64,000 nucleotides of DNA from Candidatus Multivoradales bacterium (GTDB taxonomy: Bacteria; Acidobacteriota; Thermoanaerobaculia; Multivoradales; J023): NCBI GenBank assembly GCA_965248925.1, contig CBDFLE010000006.1, positions 960,001 through 1,024,000 on the forward strand, written 5' to 3'. The stretch's first letter is position 1. The number at the start of each line of letters is the position of its first letter. The notes beneath the pieces are model-generated. The model was given only the letters and a program-made list of their open reading frames with translations, ran no database searches and was not told the origin of the DNA. Shown here piece after piece: positions 1-8,720 of the stretch. A program made the translations under genes and the position numbers.

Positions 1-713
1 TCGGCCCGCGCTGTCAGCGGGACGACGAGTTGCCCGAGCTGACCGTCGTCGAGCCGATAGCCACTGCCTCCAGGGCTGCCAGCAGTGAGGCAGGTAGCTG
101 GCGCCCCCGTTTCTTCGCGTGGCGGAGAATCCCCCGGCAAGCAACCGGGCTCAAAAAGTATTTCGGGGGCGGGGAAGTCTCGAGGACCTGCGACAGCGAA
201 CAGCCTTTTGCGTCGCTGGGCCAGTCCGAAATATTGAGCGTCCAGCACGCGCCAAGCGACCCATCGGTAGGGACCAACGCAAACTCCTCCGGTTTGCCAG
301 CGCCTGGGAGTTTCCGGGAGAACTCCGGTGAAGCCCTCCAAAGAAATCGCCCAATCCCCTCCCGAATTACTGGAGAGCAAACCAGGGACGTTCTCGAACA
401 GAATCCACGCCCGAGGGCGCGAATCAGCAAGACGTATGAACTCGTAAAAGAGCTTGGACTTGCCGCCATCCAATCCCGCACGAGCGCCGGCCACTGAAAC
501 GTCCTGGCAGGGAGATCCGCCGCAAATAAGGTCAACTGCTGGCAAGCTCTCAACATCACGGACATCCTCCAACCGGTCGACCGATGGCCAATGCCGAGCG
601 AGGATCGATCTGCACTTGGTGTTGATCTCGACCTGTAGCGCAGGATCAAATCCGGCGCGATCAGCGGCCAAATCGAATCCACCGATACCGGCGAATAGAG
701 ATGCAACGCGCAT
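1..713 (-). CDS. DNA (cytosine-5)-methyltransferase, main polypeptide (3' end runs off the window)
   Basis: Not in the ORF track. Manual translation from ATG 713 gives MRVASLFAGIGGFDLAA (motif I), DLICGGSPCQD (IV), FENVPGL (VI) and AQRRKRLF (VIII). Confidence 0.93.
   Translation of the reverse strand, partial: MRVASLFAGIGGFDLAADRAGFDPALQVEINTKCRSILARHWPSVDRLEDVRDVESLPAVDLICGGSPCQDVSVAGARAGLDGGKSKLFYEFIRLADSRPRAWILFENVPGLLSSNSGGDWAISLEGFTGVLPETPRRWQTGGVCVGPYRWVAWRVLDAQYFGLAQRRKRLFAVAGPRDFPAPEILFEPGCLPGDSPPREETGAPATCLTAGSPGGSGYRLDDGQLGQLVVPLTARA
14..565 (-). CDS. Putative beta polypeptide of a two-frame C5 MTase, nested in an alternative reading frame
   Basis: Open alternative frame inside the MTase gene with CSLSQVLETSPPPKYFLSPVACRGILRHAKKRG, resembling the M.EcoHK31I beta type. 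Start uncertain. Confidence 0.6.
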   Translation of the reverse strand: MSVMLRACQQLTLFAADLPARTFQWPALVRDWMAASPSSFTSSYVLLIRALGRGFCSRTSLVCSPVIREGIGRFLWRASPEFSRKLPGAGKPEEFALVPTDGSLGACWTLNISDWPSDAKGCSLSQVLETSPPPKYFLSPVACRGILRHAKKRGRQLPASLLAALEAVAIGSTTVSSGNSSSR

Positions 714-1102
714 TAGGCGAGCCTCTCGGGGTCTAGAGCGGCAAGCTCACTATCAAGACTCAACTCCTTGCATTGGCTACATTCGGCGAGCCGAATGAGA
801 GTGCTGGGTTCTTCCGCAGTGTCGAAGTGCGTGTCATAGCCAATCGAAACGACCGCGATACACCTGGTAGCTCTGATCGTCCAACCGAACCGATAGAAGT
901 ACTTGGCGATCAATGGCCAGGGAACCCAGTTCTTGCCTTCGTGGGCGAAAGCGTCAGGCGGATAGGCCCGAGGGACGCCATCAACGCTAGTCGCTTTCTC
1001 GGCCATATTCCGCGTCCCATCTGTTGGCCAGGGTTGCAGGATGCGCTCGCCGTAGAGCAGCGGTGGCAGCAGGCGAGTGCCGGTCGGCACGATGATACCC
1101 AT
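713..1102 (-). CDS. Hypothetical phage protein
   Basis: TGATG coupling with the upstream gene and TAATG coupling with the MTase start. Confidence 0.55.
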   Translation of the reverse strand: MGIIVPTGTRLLPPLLYGERILQPWPTDGTRNMAEKATSVDGVPRAYPPDAFAHEGKNWVPWPLIAKYFYRFGWTIRATRCIAVVSIGYDTHFDTAEEPSTLIRLAECSQCKELSLDSELAALDPERLA

Positions 1103-1848
1103 CAAATCAACCTCCGGCCGCGGAACGACAGGACCGTGTTGCCGTCGTCTGCCTCGACGACCCAACGGCGCTTGCATCCCCGCATGCCCCACACCCCGCG
1201 CCGCTTGTGCGCTGGCTGCCACTCCCACCCGACAGCCTCGAAAACATTGCCCTCTTCGGGTGTCTTGAGCACGTCACCGTTGGGTAGCATCAGCCGATTG
1301 TCCTGCTGATGCCCACCGCCTGAGACTTTGATCCACCGCGTGACCAGCGCTCGCGACAGCTCGGCCGGTCCCGTCCGCACCGCCATCTGGCAGCCCCAGG
1401 TCTCAGGGGTGCAGAGGTGGATCTCGACTGCCATAGCGGGCCTGGTCAGCCATAGGCGCCAAAGCTTGCTCTCGCTGTACTTCGCCGGCTGGTCGTACCA
1501 GGGCTGGTAGACCTCCGGATCGTCGTAATCGGGCAGCCGGCCAACAGTCGAGACCGGATAGAGGCGCTGCCGATCGCTGCGCAGCAGCTCGGCCGACAGC
1601 TCTTTGACCCGCTCGTAAAGCAGGTTGGTAGCCCGCTCTGCCGGACCGGCGAATAAATCGACCTGGCCAGGCGAGTCCCGAAGCTCGCGCTTGGGGATCG
1701 CCACGATGTCGAGGTCGCCGACCAGGCGCTCGCGGCGGGCCACAGATCCAGCCAGCTCGATCCGCTCGCAGCAGTCTCGGAGACTGTCGAGCAGGTGGCC
1801 GGCGATCCGCCGCGCCTCCGGTAGCTGCTTGCGCACTCCGAGACTCAC
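1102..1848 (-). CDS. DNA polymerase X/beta-like nucleotidyltransferase (palm-thumb only)
   Basis: IELAGSVARRERLVGDLDIV (GSxxR...GDxD) and EIHLCTPETWGCQMAVRTGP. GTG start overlaps the upstream TGA. Confidence 0.8.
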   Translation of the reverse strand: MSLGVRKQLPEARRIAGHLLDSLRDCCERIELAGSVARRERLVGDLDIVAIPKRELRDSPGQVDLFAGPAERATNLLYERVKELSAELLRSDRQRLYPVSTVGRLPDYDDPEVYQPWYDQPAKYSESKLWRLWLTRPAMAVEIHLCTPETWGCQMAVRTGPAELSRALVTRWIKVSGGGHQQDNRLMLPNGDVLKTPEEGNVFEAVGWEWQPAHKRRGVWGMRGCKRRWVVEADDGNTVLSFRGRRLI

Positions 1849-2225
1849 GGCGGACTCCACGGACTCGAGCAATCGGGGGCGCAACCGCACTCGTGACATC
1901 GATCGCAGTGCTCACAGATCTCGCCAGCAACACACCCCATCGAGTACAGGCCACACGTATCGCAGGAGACGTCGTCCTCGCTCTCGCTCCTCCATCCCTG
2001 GCTACGATAGATGTGTCCGAAGTCCGCCCAGTCCAGCACCCCCTCCTGCTCGGTGTTGGTTATTAGGTGGTCGAGGGCTTTGTACCGCCCGGCGTTGAGG
2101 TCCAGGTAATCCTCGGCACCAAGCTCGTGGCCATAATCCCAGGCCAAAGCTCTTGCGCGACTATTGCTCGCAGCGATCACGAAGAGCGCGCAGAATCCAC
2201 CTGCATCGACCCGCCAGCACCTCAT
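1845..2225 (-). CDS. Hypothetical phage protein with Cys-rich C-terminus
   Basis: CDTC...CEHCDRCHECGC; ATGA coupling. Confidence 0.55.
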   Translation of the reverse strand: MRCWRVDAGGFCALFVIAASNSRARALAWDYGHELGAEDYLDLNAGRYKALDHLITNTEQEGVLDWADFGHIYRSQGWRSESEDDVSCDTCGLYSMGCVAGEICEHCDRCHECGCAPDCSSPWSPP

Positions 2226-2749
2226 CGGTGGTACCTCCGCCCTGGCCGCTGCTGGCGCCTCTCGGTATCGCGCAACATGTCGTTGCACCGTGCCTTCAAA
2301 CGCTCCTCGTCAGTCCGGCGGATCGCCCGTCGATCGAAGGAGGTTTGACCGCTGAAAACCGCAGGCTCGATCACTCTTGAGCCGACGTACTGATCAGCCA
2401 GCTCACAGGAGGCGCCGATGTTGGTCCACACCGCCGCGCCATGACGGTGGCGCATCGCTAGGAACGAAACCAGCCGGGCAGCTTCAGCGGCCGTGATCTG
2501 GCAATAGACATGCCCCTCGCGGGCTGGCAGCGTTGAGATTCTGATCAGCTCAAATCCGCTCTGGTGGATGACCATCACCGGGGGACTGATCCGGTGATGA
2601 TCGATCTTGATGAGGTGCCGAGAGTTGGCTTGCGCCACGAGCCGGAGCCGGCCATCGATATGGATCTCGCTACACCCCAGCTCCTCGTCAGAGTGCTCGG
2701 GGCAGCATCTCTCCAACTGCTTTAGCAGCAGATCCACCCGAACGCTCAT
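2222..2749 (-). CDS. Hypothetical phage protein
   Basis: ATGA-coupled ORF (MSVRVDLL...) with SD GGAGG. Confidence 0.55.
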   Translation of the reverse strand: MSVRVDLLLKQLERCCPEHSDEELGCSEIHIDGRLRLVAQANSRHLIKIDHHRISPPVMVIHQSGFELIRISTLPAREGHVYCQITAAEAARLVSFLAMRHRHGAAVWTNIGASCELADQYVGSRVIEPAVFSGQTSFDRRAIRRTDEERLKARCNDMLRDTERRQQRPGRRYHR

Positions 2750-3219
2750 CGGGCGTACCTCCGGGATCCCCGCAGCGGACGCTTGCCCTGTGCTGCACGC
2801 TCCGCGGCGCGGACTTTTCGCTGGTAGTGGATGTCCTCGGCGCGCTGCGCGAGGTTGAGCTCTCGACCCGAAAGAAAAATATGCTCCAAGTCGGTCTCGG
2901 CGTAGTCCTGCGTCGGCACCGACTGCCAACCTCGACGGCGGGCGACGGTGATCAGCTGGTCAGCGCCAGCCTCGGTCACCCACAGCCGCCAGGGTGTGAT
3001 TCCCCGCCCACTGCCGGTGGGCCGATGGATCCGCTCGCCGAAAACGATGATCGAGACATCGTGCATCTCGATGCCCTCGTCATCGTCGCGACACCACTCA
3101 GACACCCGGACCGGGCCGCCCTCCGGATGGACGATCCGCAGACCGTCGATCGCCAGGGCCGTGACGATGCGCGACTGGGCGCCGGCACGCCACGCTGGCA
3201 CTTCGAAGGTCAAGTGCAT
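2746..3219 (-). CDS. Hypothetical phage protein
   Basis: Coupled ORF with SD GGGAG upstream. Confidence 0.55.
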   Translation of the reverse strand: MHLTFEVPAWRAGAQSRIVTALAIDGLRIVHPEGGPVRVSEWCRDDDEGIEMHDVSIIVFGERIHRPTGSGRGITPWRLWVTEAGADQLITVARRRGWQSVPTQDYAETDLEHIFLSGRELNLAQRAEDIHYQRKVRAAERAAQGKRPLRGSRRYAR

Positions 3220-3618
3220 GGCGGCGACTCCCCACGCATCCGGCGCACAGAAGGCCGCGCCGGCGGGCGACTAGCAATCGAGTTTCCGCGCCCGATATAG
3301 CGATCCGCCGGTGCGGCCACCTGGGCGCCGGATGAAAAAGCGAGGCACCGACCTGGTAGACCGGTGCCTCGAGCTGGGGAGGGTTGAGGGCAAGCGGCGA
3401 TCGCTCGCGCCTCCGGCAAAGCACCGCTGGTGCGCGATGCGCTCCCGGAGAGGCGAGTAAAAAGGGCGCCCTGGTGGCTGTACACCAGGGCGCCAACCGC
3501 AGGAGTGTCGGGGGGCGATGGGGACAGGTCTCGCCCCCCGAGCAGCGCGTTGGCCATGTCGAGTGCCGGCACCAGGCCGGCGACCAATGCGCTGCTCGTG
3601 ATGCGAGACGGGGCGCTG

Positions 3619-3822
3619 CTAAGCATCAGCGGCCCCAAAGTTGTTCGCCGGGTAGTAGATCGCGAACCTGCGGCCGCAGGAACACAGCTCTTGCAGCTGG
3701 ATGAAATCTCCCCACTGACCCACGGTCCGATCGCAAGTGACGCACCATCCGATGCGGTCCGGCGCTCGAAGCGCGACGCCAACGGGAAACCTGATCTGAG
3801 ACGGCGGGGGGTGACTACTCAT
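3619..3822 (-). CDS. Small hypothetical phage protein (CxxC...CxC)
   Basis: Overlaps the stop of 3815..4039; Cys motifs. Confidence 0.4.
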   Translation of the reverse strand: MSSHPPPSQIRFPVGVALRAPDRIGWCVTCDRTVGQWGDFIQLQELCSCGRRFAIYYPANNFGAADA

Positions 3823-4039
3823 CGGCTACGCTCCACGCGGCCTCGATCGCCGCATCCCAGACTGCCGCAGCCACCTCTCGCGGCGCACCATCGACCAACA
3901 AAGGCCCGAACTGGTCAAACCACCTCGCAAACTCCTCTGCGTGATACAGGCTCACTGCGTGGTCTGTCGCCCGCCCCGCCTTGACCGTGACTGGTTCAGC
4001 GGCCATCGCGACTCCGATCGCCGAACTTGCGAATGGCAA
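3815..4039 (-). CDS. Small hypothetical phage protein
   Basis: Fits the co-oriented gene array. Confidence 0.4.
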   Translation of the reverse strand: MPFASSAIGVAMAAEPVTVKAGRATDHAVSLYHAEEFARWFDQFGPLLVDGAPREVAAAVWDAAIEAAWSVADE

Positions 4040-4382
4040 GACCCAGGAAGTAGGGCGGCGCCGCTAGCCACATGGCACCGACGACAGCGGTTGCGCTCGC
4101 GAATGCGGCAGGTAGATACCCTGCTATCAACAGCGGGCGCGCGAACCGCGACAGGCGGCCGGGCCCCTCGGTCGAGACCGCTTGGCGACGAGTCGGCGCT
4201 TTGGGTTCGCGCAGCGTCTCGATGGCTCGCAGCTCGTCAGCGGGGATGCCGGTGACGGCTCGCAGCTCGGCAGCGGGGATGCCGGTGTGGAGCTGTGCAT
4301 AGACCTGGGCAGTGCCAGCATCCGCCGCTGTGACGCGGTCGACTTCGCGGCCGTCCGCGTCGAAGATCACCCAGCGGGGCAT
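3996..4382 (-). CDS. Hypothetical phage membrane protein with an internal 11-aa duplication
   Basis: TGIPAAELRAV/TGIPADELRAI repeat; hydrophobic C-terminal segment; TAATG coupling. Confidence 0.5.
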   Translation of the reverse strand: MPRWVIFDADGREVDRVTAADAGTAQVYAQLHTGIPAAELRAVTGIPADELRAIETLREPKAPTRRQAVSTEGPGRLSRFARPLLIAGYLPAAFASATAVVGAMWLAAPPYFLGLAIRKFGDRSRDGR

Positions 4383-4885
4383 TACGAACCCCCGCGGCGA
4401 AATAGATTGAGCGTCGCCTCGCCGCGCCGGCCAGACACCAGAACCACTCGGCGCCGATTACGAGGCGCTAACACGATCTCGGCGGACCCGAGCAGGTCTG
4501 GCCGACGAATCTTGCGCGAGAGGTGTTGCACCAGCTCGCTGAGACCCTTGGCCACCAGCTTGCCGCCCAAGACGGCGCGCACTGGCGCAGACTTGAGGGC
4601 GCCAGTAACCAGGTCGAGCGCTCGCTCTTTGGTCTTGCCGTCCCACTCCCAGAGGTGGACCAGGATAAGCGCTCGCTCGGCTGGTTGCGTCCACAAAGTG
4701 GTTAGATCACTGACCCTTACCTCAGAATTGCGCCGCACGCTGTGGCGCTCTGACTCCCAGGTGACATCGTCGAATCCGATTTGCTGAACGACAACGGTCA
4801 CGTACAGCTCGCCGACCCGCTCGAAGCGTAGCTGCCCGCACCGCAGCTTGATCAGGTGGAGTATGAGTTCGGGACGATCGCTCAT
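4382..4885 (-). CDS. Hypothetical phage protein
   Basis: SD GAGGAGGAG before MSDRPEL; coupled at both ends. Confidence 0.6.
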   Translation of the reverse strand: MSDRPELILHLIKLRCGQLRFERVGELYVTVVVQQIGFDDVTWESERHSVRRNSEVRVSDLTTLWTQPAERALILVHLWEWDGKTKERALDLVTGALKSAPVRAVLGGKLVAKGLSELVQHLSRKIRRPDLLGSAEIVLAPRNRRRVVLVSGRRGEATLNLFRRGGS

Positions 4886-5217
4886 CGAGACTCCTCCTCT
4901 GCTAGGCGCGACAGCCGCTCGACGTACCCCGCGCAGCTGTGGCGGTGAGCGCCCAGGGCCAGCCTGCTCAGCAGGCGCCACGACGCGATATGGCTCAGCT
5001 GCCTCTGCTCGCGGCATCTGAGCCACGCACTAGCGTGCTGCAGTGGCTGACCGGCGGGGCGGATGTAGACGGATCGGCCGACGTGGCGATACCAAGGCCA
5101 GCCGAAGACCGTGGCCCGCGGAATCTCAGTTACCGGGTCGCGGTGCATGACGACGCGGTGGGTCGAGGCTCCGAGCAGCGGCCGGGCATCCGGCAGGATG
5201 AGCGCCGGTGCGTTCAT
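4882..5217 (-). CDS. Hypothetical phage protein
   Basis: ATGA-coupled to the amidase; SD GGAGG. Confidence 0.55.
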   Translation of the reverse strand: MNAPALILPDARPLLGASTHRVVMHRDPVTEIPRATVFGWPWYRHVGRSVYIRPAGQPLQHASAWLRCREQRQLSHIASWRLLSRLALGAHRHSCAGYVERLSRLAEEESR

Positions 5218-5828
5218 CTCCGGTCCTCCTGGACGAGAAAATCCTCGACGCCCAGTGCGATGCCCTTGGCGAATAGGCTCTGGACGACGCCATCCGTCAG
5301 CAGTCGCCGGTCATCTTCGTTGCTGATAAACGGCAGCTCGACCAGCGCTGCCGGTGCATAGGTGAGGCGCAGGACACCGAGGCGCGGACGGTCTTTGATC
5401 CCGCGCCACTTGGGAGGTACCAGGCGCCGACCCCAGAGCAAGTCATCGTGCTCTGAGAAGCCTTGCAGGCCATCGACCAGCGAGACCTTGATTTGCTCCG
5501 CAAGGCGCGCCCCCGCCCCATCCGGGCCAAAGCGCAGGACCTCGAGCCCGTGGGCTCGAAGGTCCTGGTGAGCGTTGGTGTGGATGCTGACGAACGCCTG
5601 GGCGTCCACCAGATTGACGAGCTGGGCTCGATGGGACACCCCCGCCGTTTGCCCAAGTGCCCGCGTGAAGCGGACGCGGTGGCCGGTCCACCGAAGCAGT
5701 GTTGCCACCGCCACAGCGACTGGCCATGCAATGTCGGTCTCGCGCAGCCGTGGGCTCACATCGTGCGCTACCGCTCCAGGATCCCTACCTCCGTGACCGG
5801 GGTCGATCACCACCAGCGAGCGACTCAT
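5214..5828 (-). CDS. N-acetylmuramoyl-L-alanine amidase (Amidase_3), catalytic domain only
   Basis: VVIDPGHGGRDPGA, E, FVSIHTNA and ALVELPFISN Zn-amidase motifs. Confidence 0.92.
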   Translation of the reverse strand: MSRSLVVIDPGHGGRDPGAVAHDVSPRLRETDIAWPVAVAVATLLRWTGHRVRFTRALGQTAGVSHRAQLVNLVDAQAFVSIHTNAHQDLRAHGLEVLRFGPDGAGARLAEQIKVSLVDGLQGFSEHDDLLWGRRLVPPKWRGIKDRPRLGVLRLTYAPAALVELPFISNEDDRRLLTDGVVQSLFAKGIALGVEDFLVQEDRR

Positions 5829-6136
5829 TGGACACCGTCCCGCACCACCCAAGAATCTAGCGGGCCCCGGAACTCAATCTCAGCAGGCAGGCCCCTAGAT
5901 CCGCCCTCAACGGCTGTCTCGAACTGCCCCTGGGCAGAGTCCGCCGCGAACAGGCTGTCTATCCCCGTTCGGTCGCACGCCGATAAGTGGCGGAGGTCCA
6001 CCACCAAGCGCCGAGCAGTGGCGCGGCGGGCAGCAGTAGGCTCGGCGGCGCTCACCTCATCGCCGTAGATCACCCCGCCGCCGAGGTCAGCCTCGGTATC
6101 CGCGCCGGTCCACGCCGGCTCACGCTGATGCTGCAT
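5825..6136 (-). CDS. Hypothetical phage protein
   Basis: SD GAGGAGG; ATGA coupling to the amidase. Confidence 0.5.
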   Translation of the reverse strand: MQHQREPAWTGADTEADLGGGVIYGDEVSAAEPTAARRATARRLVVDLRHLSACDRTGIDSLFAADSAQGQFETAVEGGSRGLPAEIEFRGPLDSWVVRDGVQ

Positions 6137-6337
6137 CGCACACCTCCTCGCTAGTGGCGAGCCGGCCACCTAAGGACCTGCCGACTCGCCCAGAACGCAA
6201 TACCAAACAGGCACGCAACAGCGCGCACCAGTCGGCCCACCCACACCGGACTCGCTCGGGAATATGGAATCCCTGCATTTTTGGAGTGGATGAGCCGGCT
6301 GCTAAGCGCCGGTGTGGTTTGGTGGTGGTGGAGCTGC

Positions 6338-6673
6338 TCATCGAGCACCTCCTCCGGTCCAGGCTGCTTTTGCAAGTGCAGGATTCGCGAAACGCCCACG
6401 CTGGCGCAGTGCCCATGAGCGAAATTCGTCGCCAGTCAAGCCCTCGGCAATGGCGCGACCGCTGTCACCAACGATGAGAGGGTGGAAATCTGGCAGCTGG
6501 TCGGCATAGCGGCGTGCAGTGGTGCGGCTCTTGATGCCGAGCATCGCCATTACCTGCTGTTTAGTGACGACATGCTGGGAACAAGCCATCTCGGCAAGGC
6601 AAAGCCGTAGTGCGACCAGCTCGGCCATTATTCTCTGGTGCCTCGCAAGCTCGCTGTCACATGTCCGCTTCAC
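6338..6673 (-). CDS. Putative excisionase/AlpA-like HTH protein
   Basis: VVTKQQVMAMLGIKSRTTARRY resembles a Xis/AlpA HTH; first gene after the Cro-like gene. Confidence 0.5.
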   Translation of the reverse strand: MKRTCDSELARHQRIMAELVALRLCLAEMACSQHVVTKQQVMAMLGIKSRTTARRYADQLPDFHPLIVGDSGRAIAEGLTGDEFRSWALRQRGRFANPALAKAAWTGGGAR

Positions 6674-7203
6674 GAGCCAAGCTCCACCGCTTGAACGCCA
6701 ATCTGGATTTCAGGTTCCAGGTGGAAACTTGATTTGGAAGAACACCGAAAATCGCTACACAGACCAGGAACTTCAATTGGGGCTACCGGGCGCCCCAGAA
6801 AGGCTGACCACGACCCAGGCCAGTTGCAGGCCGGGAAAGCAGGAGCCCGGCCAGGAACAAGCGTCAAAACAGAGCCACCAACCTCGGGCGTTACGTACTT
6901 GACCTCCCCGGCAACCCTGGCGACGATGACATCGTGGCGACGTAGAGCCTCTTCGGCCGCTTCGCTCCAGCTCTGGAAACAAGTTGCTGACCAAAGCTGC
7001 CGAGGAACACCGAGGACTAGCTCAAAGAGCAGGGCCTCTCGGAGATAGACATGCTCAACTACGCCTCTTTCAAGCTTGGACAGGCGCATGGGCGAAATAT
7101 CAAGTTCAATCCCAAGACTGGAAAGAGTATGGCGAGCTGTCTTCCTGGCTCGCCTAAGCCTCTTGCCCGGTGTCTTACATGACTCTTTCTGTTTCTTATC
7201 CAT
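6670..7203 (-). CDS. XRE-family HTH regulator (Cro-like)
   Basis: GKRLRRARKTARHTLSSLGIELDISPMRLSKLERG. Confidence 0.75.
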   Translation of the reverse strand: MDKKQKESCKTPGKRLRRARKTARHTLSSLGIELDISPMRLSKLERGVVEHVYLREALLFELVLGVPRQLWSATCFQSWSEAAEEALRRHDVIVARVAGEVKYVTPEVGGSVLTLVPGRAPAFPACNWPGSWSAFLGRPVAPIEVPGLCSDFRCSSKSSFHLEPEIQIGVQAVELGS

Positions 7204-7292
7204 CTCTTTCGAAATCGTATACGACTCTGTATGAATCGTCAATGGTAATTCTGATTGACAGCTTCTATTGTTTTGTTTAAAGTTTTATACGA
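7204..7292. promoter_or_regulatory. Back-to-back sigma70-type promoters (lysis/lysogeny-type switch)
   Basis: + strand TTGACA(7255)-17 bp-TAAAGT; - strand TTGACG(7242)-17 bp-TACGAT; AT-rich. Confidence 0.7.
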
Positions 7293-7649
7293 ATGAATAA
7301 CTCGCTAATAAATGCAGCGATGGCGCTGCTCTTGAGACAATCTGGGTTCTCAAGAGCCGTGGCATCCCGGAAGATGGGGTGTACCAGCGCGTCGATGTCG
7401 AACTGGCTGAATGGCCGGACTACGCCAAGCGCGTCAAGCCTCTTTGAATTTCTGCGCGTGCTGGGCTACGATTTTCGTCATCTCCAGAGCGCGCTGGAGA
7501 GTCTCGAAAAGGAGGATGGGGCGGAACCTGTAACTGGCCTTGCCTTGGATCTGATGTCCGGGATTAGCCGCGGTGAGCTACTGAGAGTCCTCAGGGAGGA
7601 GGCTCGGAAGATGCTCACCGAAGCGGCCACTGCAACGGGAGAGGAATAG
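7293..7649 (+). CDS. XRE-family repressor (CI-like, no peptidase domain)
   Basis: SRAVASRKMGCTSASMSNWLNGRTTPS HTH; divergent from the Cro-like gene. Confidence 0.75.
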   Translation: MNNSLINAAMALLLRQSGFSRAVASRKMGCTSASMSNWLNGRTTPSASSLFEFLRVLGYDFRHLQSALESLEKEDGAEPVTGLALDLMSGISRGELLRVLREEARKMLTEAATATGEE

Positions 7650-7653
7650 CATC

Positions 7654-8382
7654 ATGGGCCAGAAGTCCCAACACTCAAAGATCTTGGCGCTTGGAAAAGC
7701 GCGCTCAGAGGGTCTCTTTGAAAGTCTCTTTGAAAGTCTCTTGGATATTTGCCGAACGGCTCGCAAGTCTGGGGACGATCAGTCAGCGCTAGAAGCATTG
7801 TCGGTTGCGGCAAATTCTCCCGACAGGCTCCCGAGCACGGATTGCAGGCTCTTGCGCCAACTGGGATCGATGCGCCGAGAGCAATGTAAGCTCGACTCTG
7901 CCTGCGATGCCTTTGGACTAGCCTCCTGCATCGCAGCGGTCGCAGGAGACAGGGTTCAATGGGCTAGGGCTGAGACAGAATTTGGGCTCTGCTTGGTCGA
8001 AGCAGGGAAGAACGACCAAGCAAGGGACGTTCTGAGAACAGCCTTGGCCGGGTTGGGACGGATGGTGTCTCAACGTCGCCACCGTGCTTCTGCGCATCTG
8101 GGACTAGCAACCGTGGATGTCGAGTCGGGTCTATACGGCGCCGCAGAATCCCACTACCGGCGAGCCGAATCGTTAGCTGAGTCCCAGGAAGACAGAGCAA
8201 AAATCCTGGCCAGCCTTGGTCGCGTGCAGATCATTCGTGGTCGCCTTGACGATGGCATTGCATCGCTACGAGACGCCCTAACGATCACGCCGAAGCTCCA
8301 AGACCGAATTGCCATCGAGATTTTGATCGAGCAGTTCGCCTCCGAAACGGCAGCCGAAGGCGAACTCAGTGCCGGCGCTTAG
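7654..8382 (+). CDS. TPR-like helical repeat protein
   Basis: Repeated A..LG...G..A...Y..A patterns; 4 bp downstream of the repressor. Confidence 0.7.
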   Translation: MGQKSQHSKILALGKARSEGLFESLFESLLDICRTARKSGDDQSALEALSVAANSPDRLPSTDCRLLRQLGSMRREQCKLDSACDAFGLASCIAAVAGDRVQWARAETEFGLCLVEAGKNDQARDVLRTALAGLGRMVSQRRHRASAHLGLATVDVESGLYGAAESHYRRAESLAESQEDRAKILASLGRVQIIRGRLDDGIASLRDALTITPKLQDRIAIEILIEQFASETAAEGELSAGA

Positions 8383-8720
8383 CCGCTCGGATCGATCAAG
8401 AATGGATTCTTCATCTGCTATTCCTCCTGATTGTTCCGGGTGGCCGCCATTGACCACTCATCGCCGTCTAACAGGCGAGTGTCTGATTTTGGATGCGTTT
8501 CGCGATGAGATCGCGAGGATATTCCCTAAATGACTGAAACTAGTGACCCCTTCTTCTGCGCTAAGCGAGTGCCCTACCCGCCTGGGCAAAATTCCGACAA
8601 GCCCCGGTCTCTTCGGTGGGGTCCATACATTGAGCCAGTGGGCCGCCGTCGAGTACTGCATCGGGGTCCTCGGGTCCAGCCTGTCGGTGTTGTCGGGGCG
8701 TAGGATCTGTTGGTAGTACA

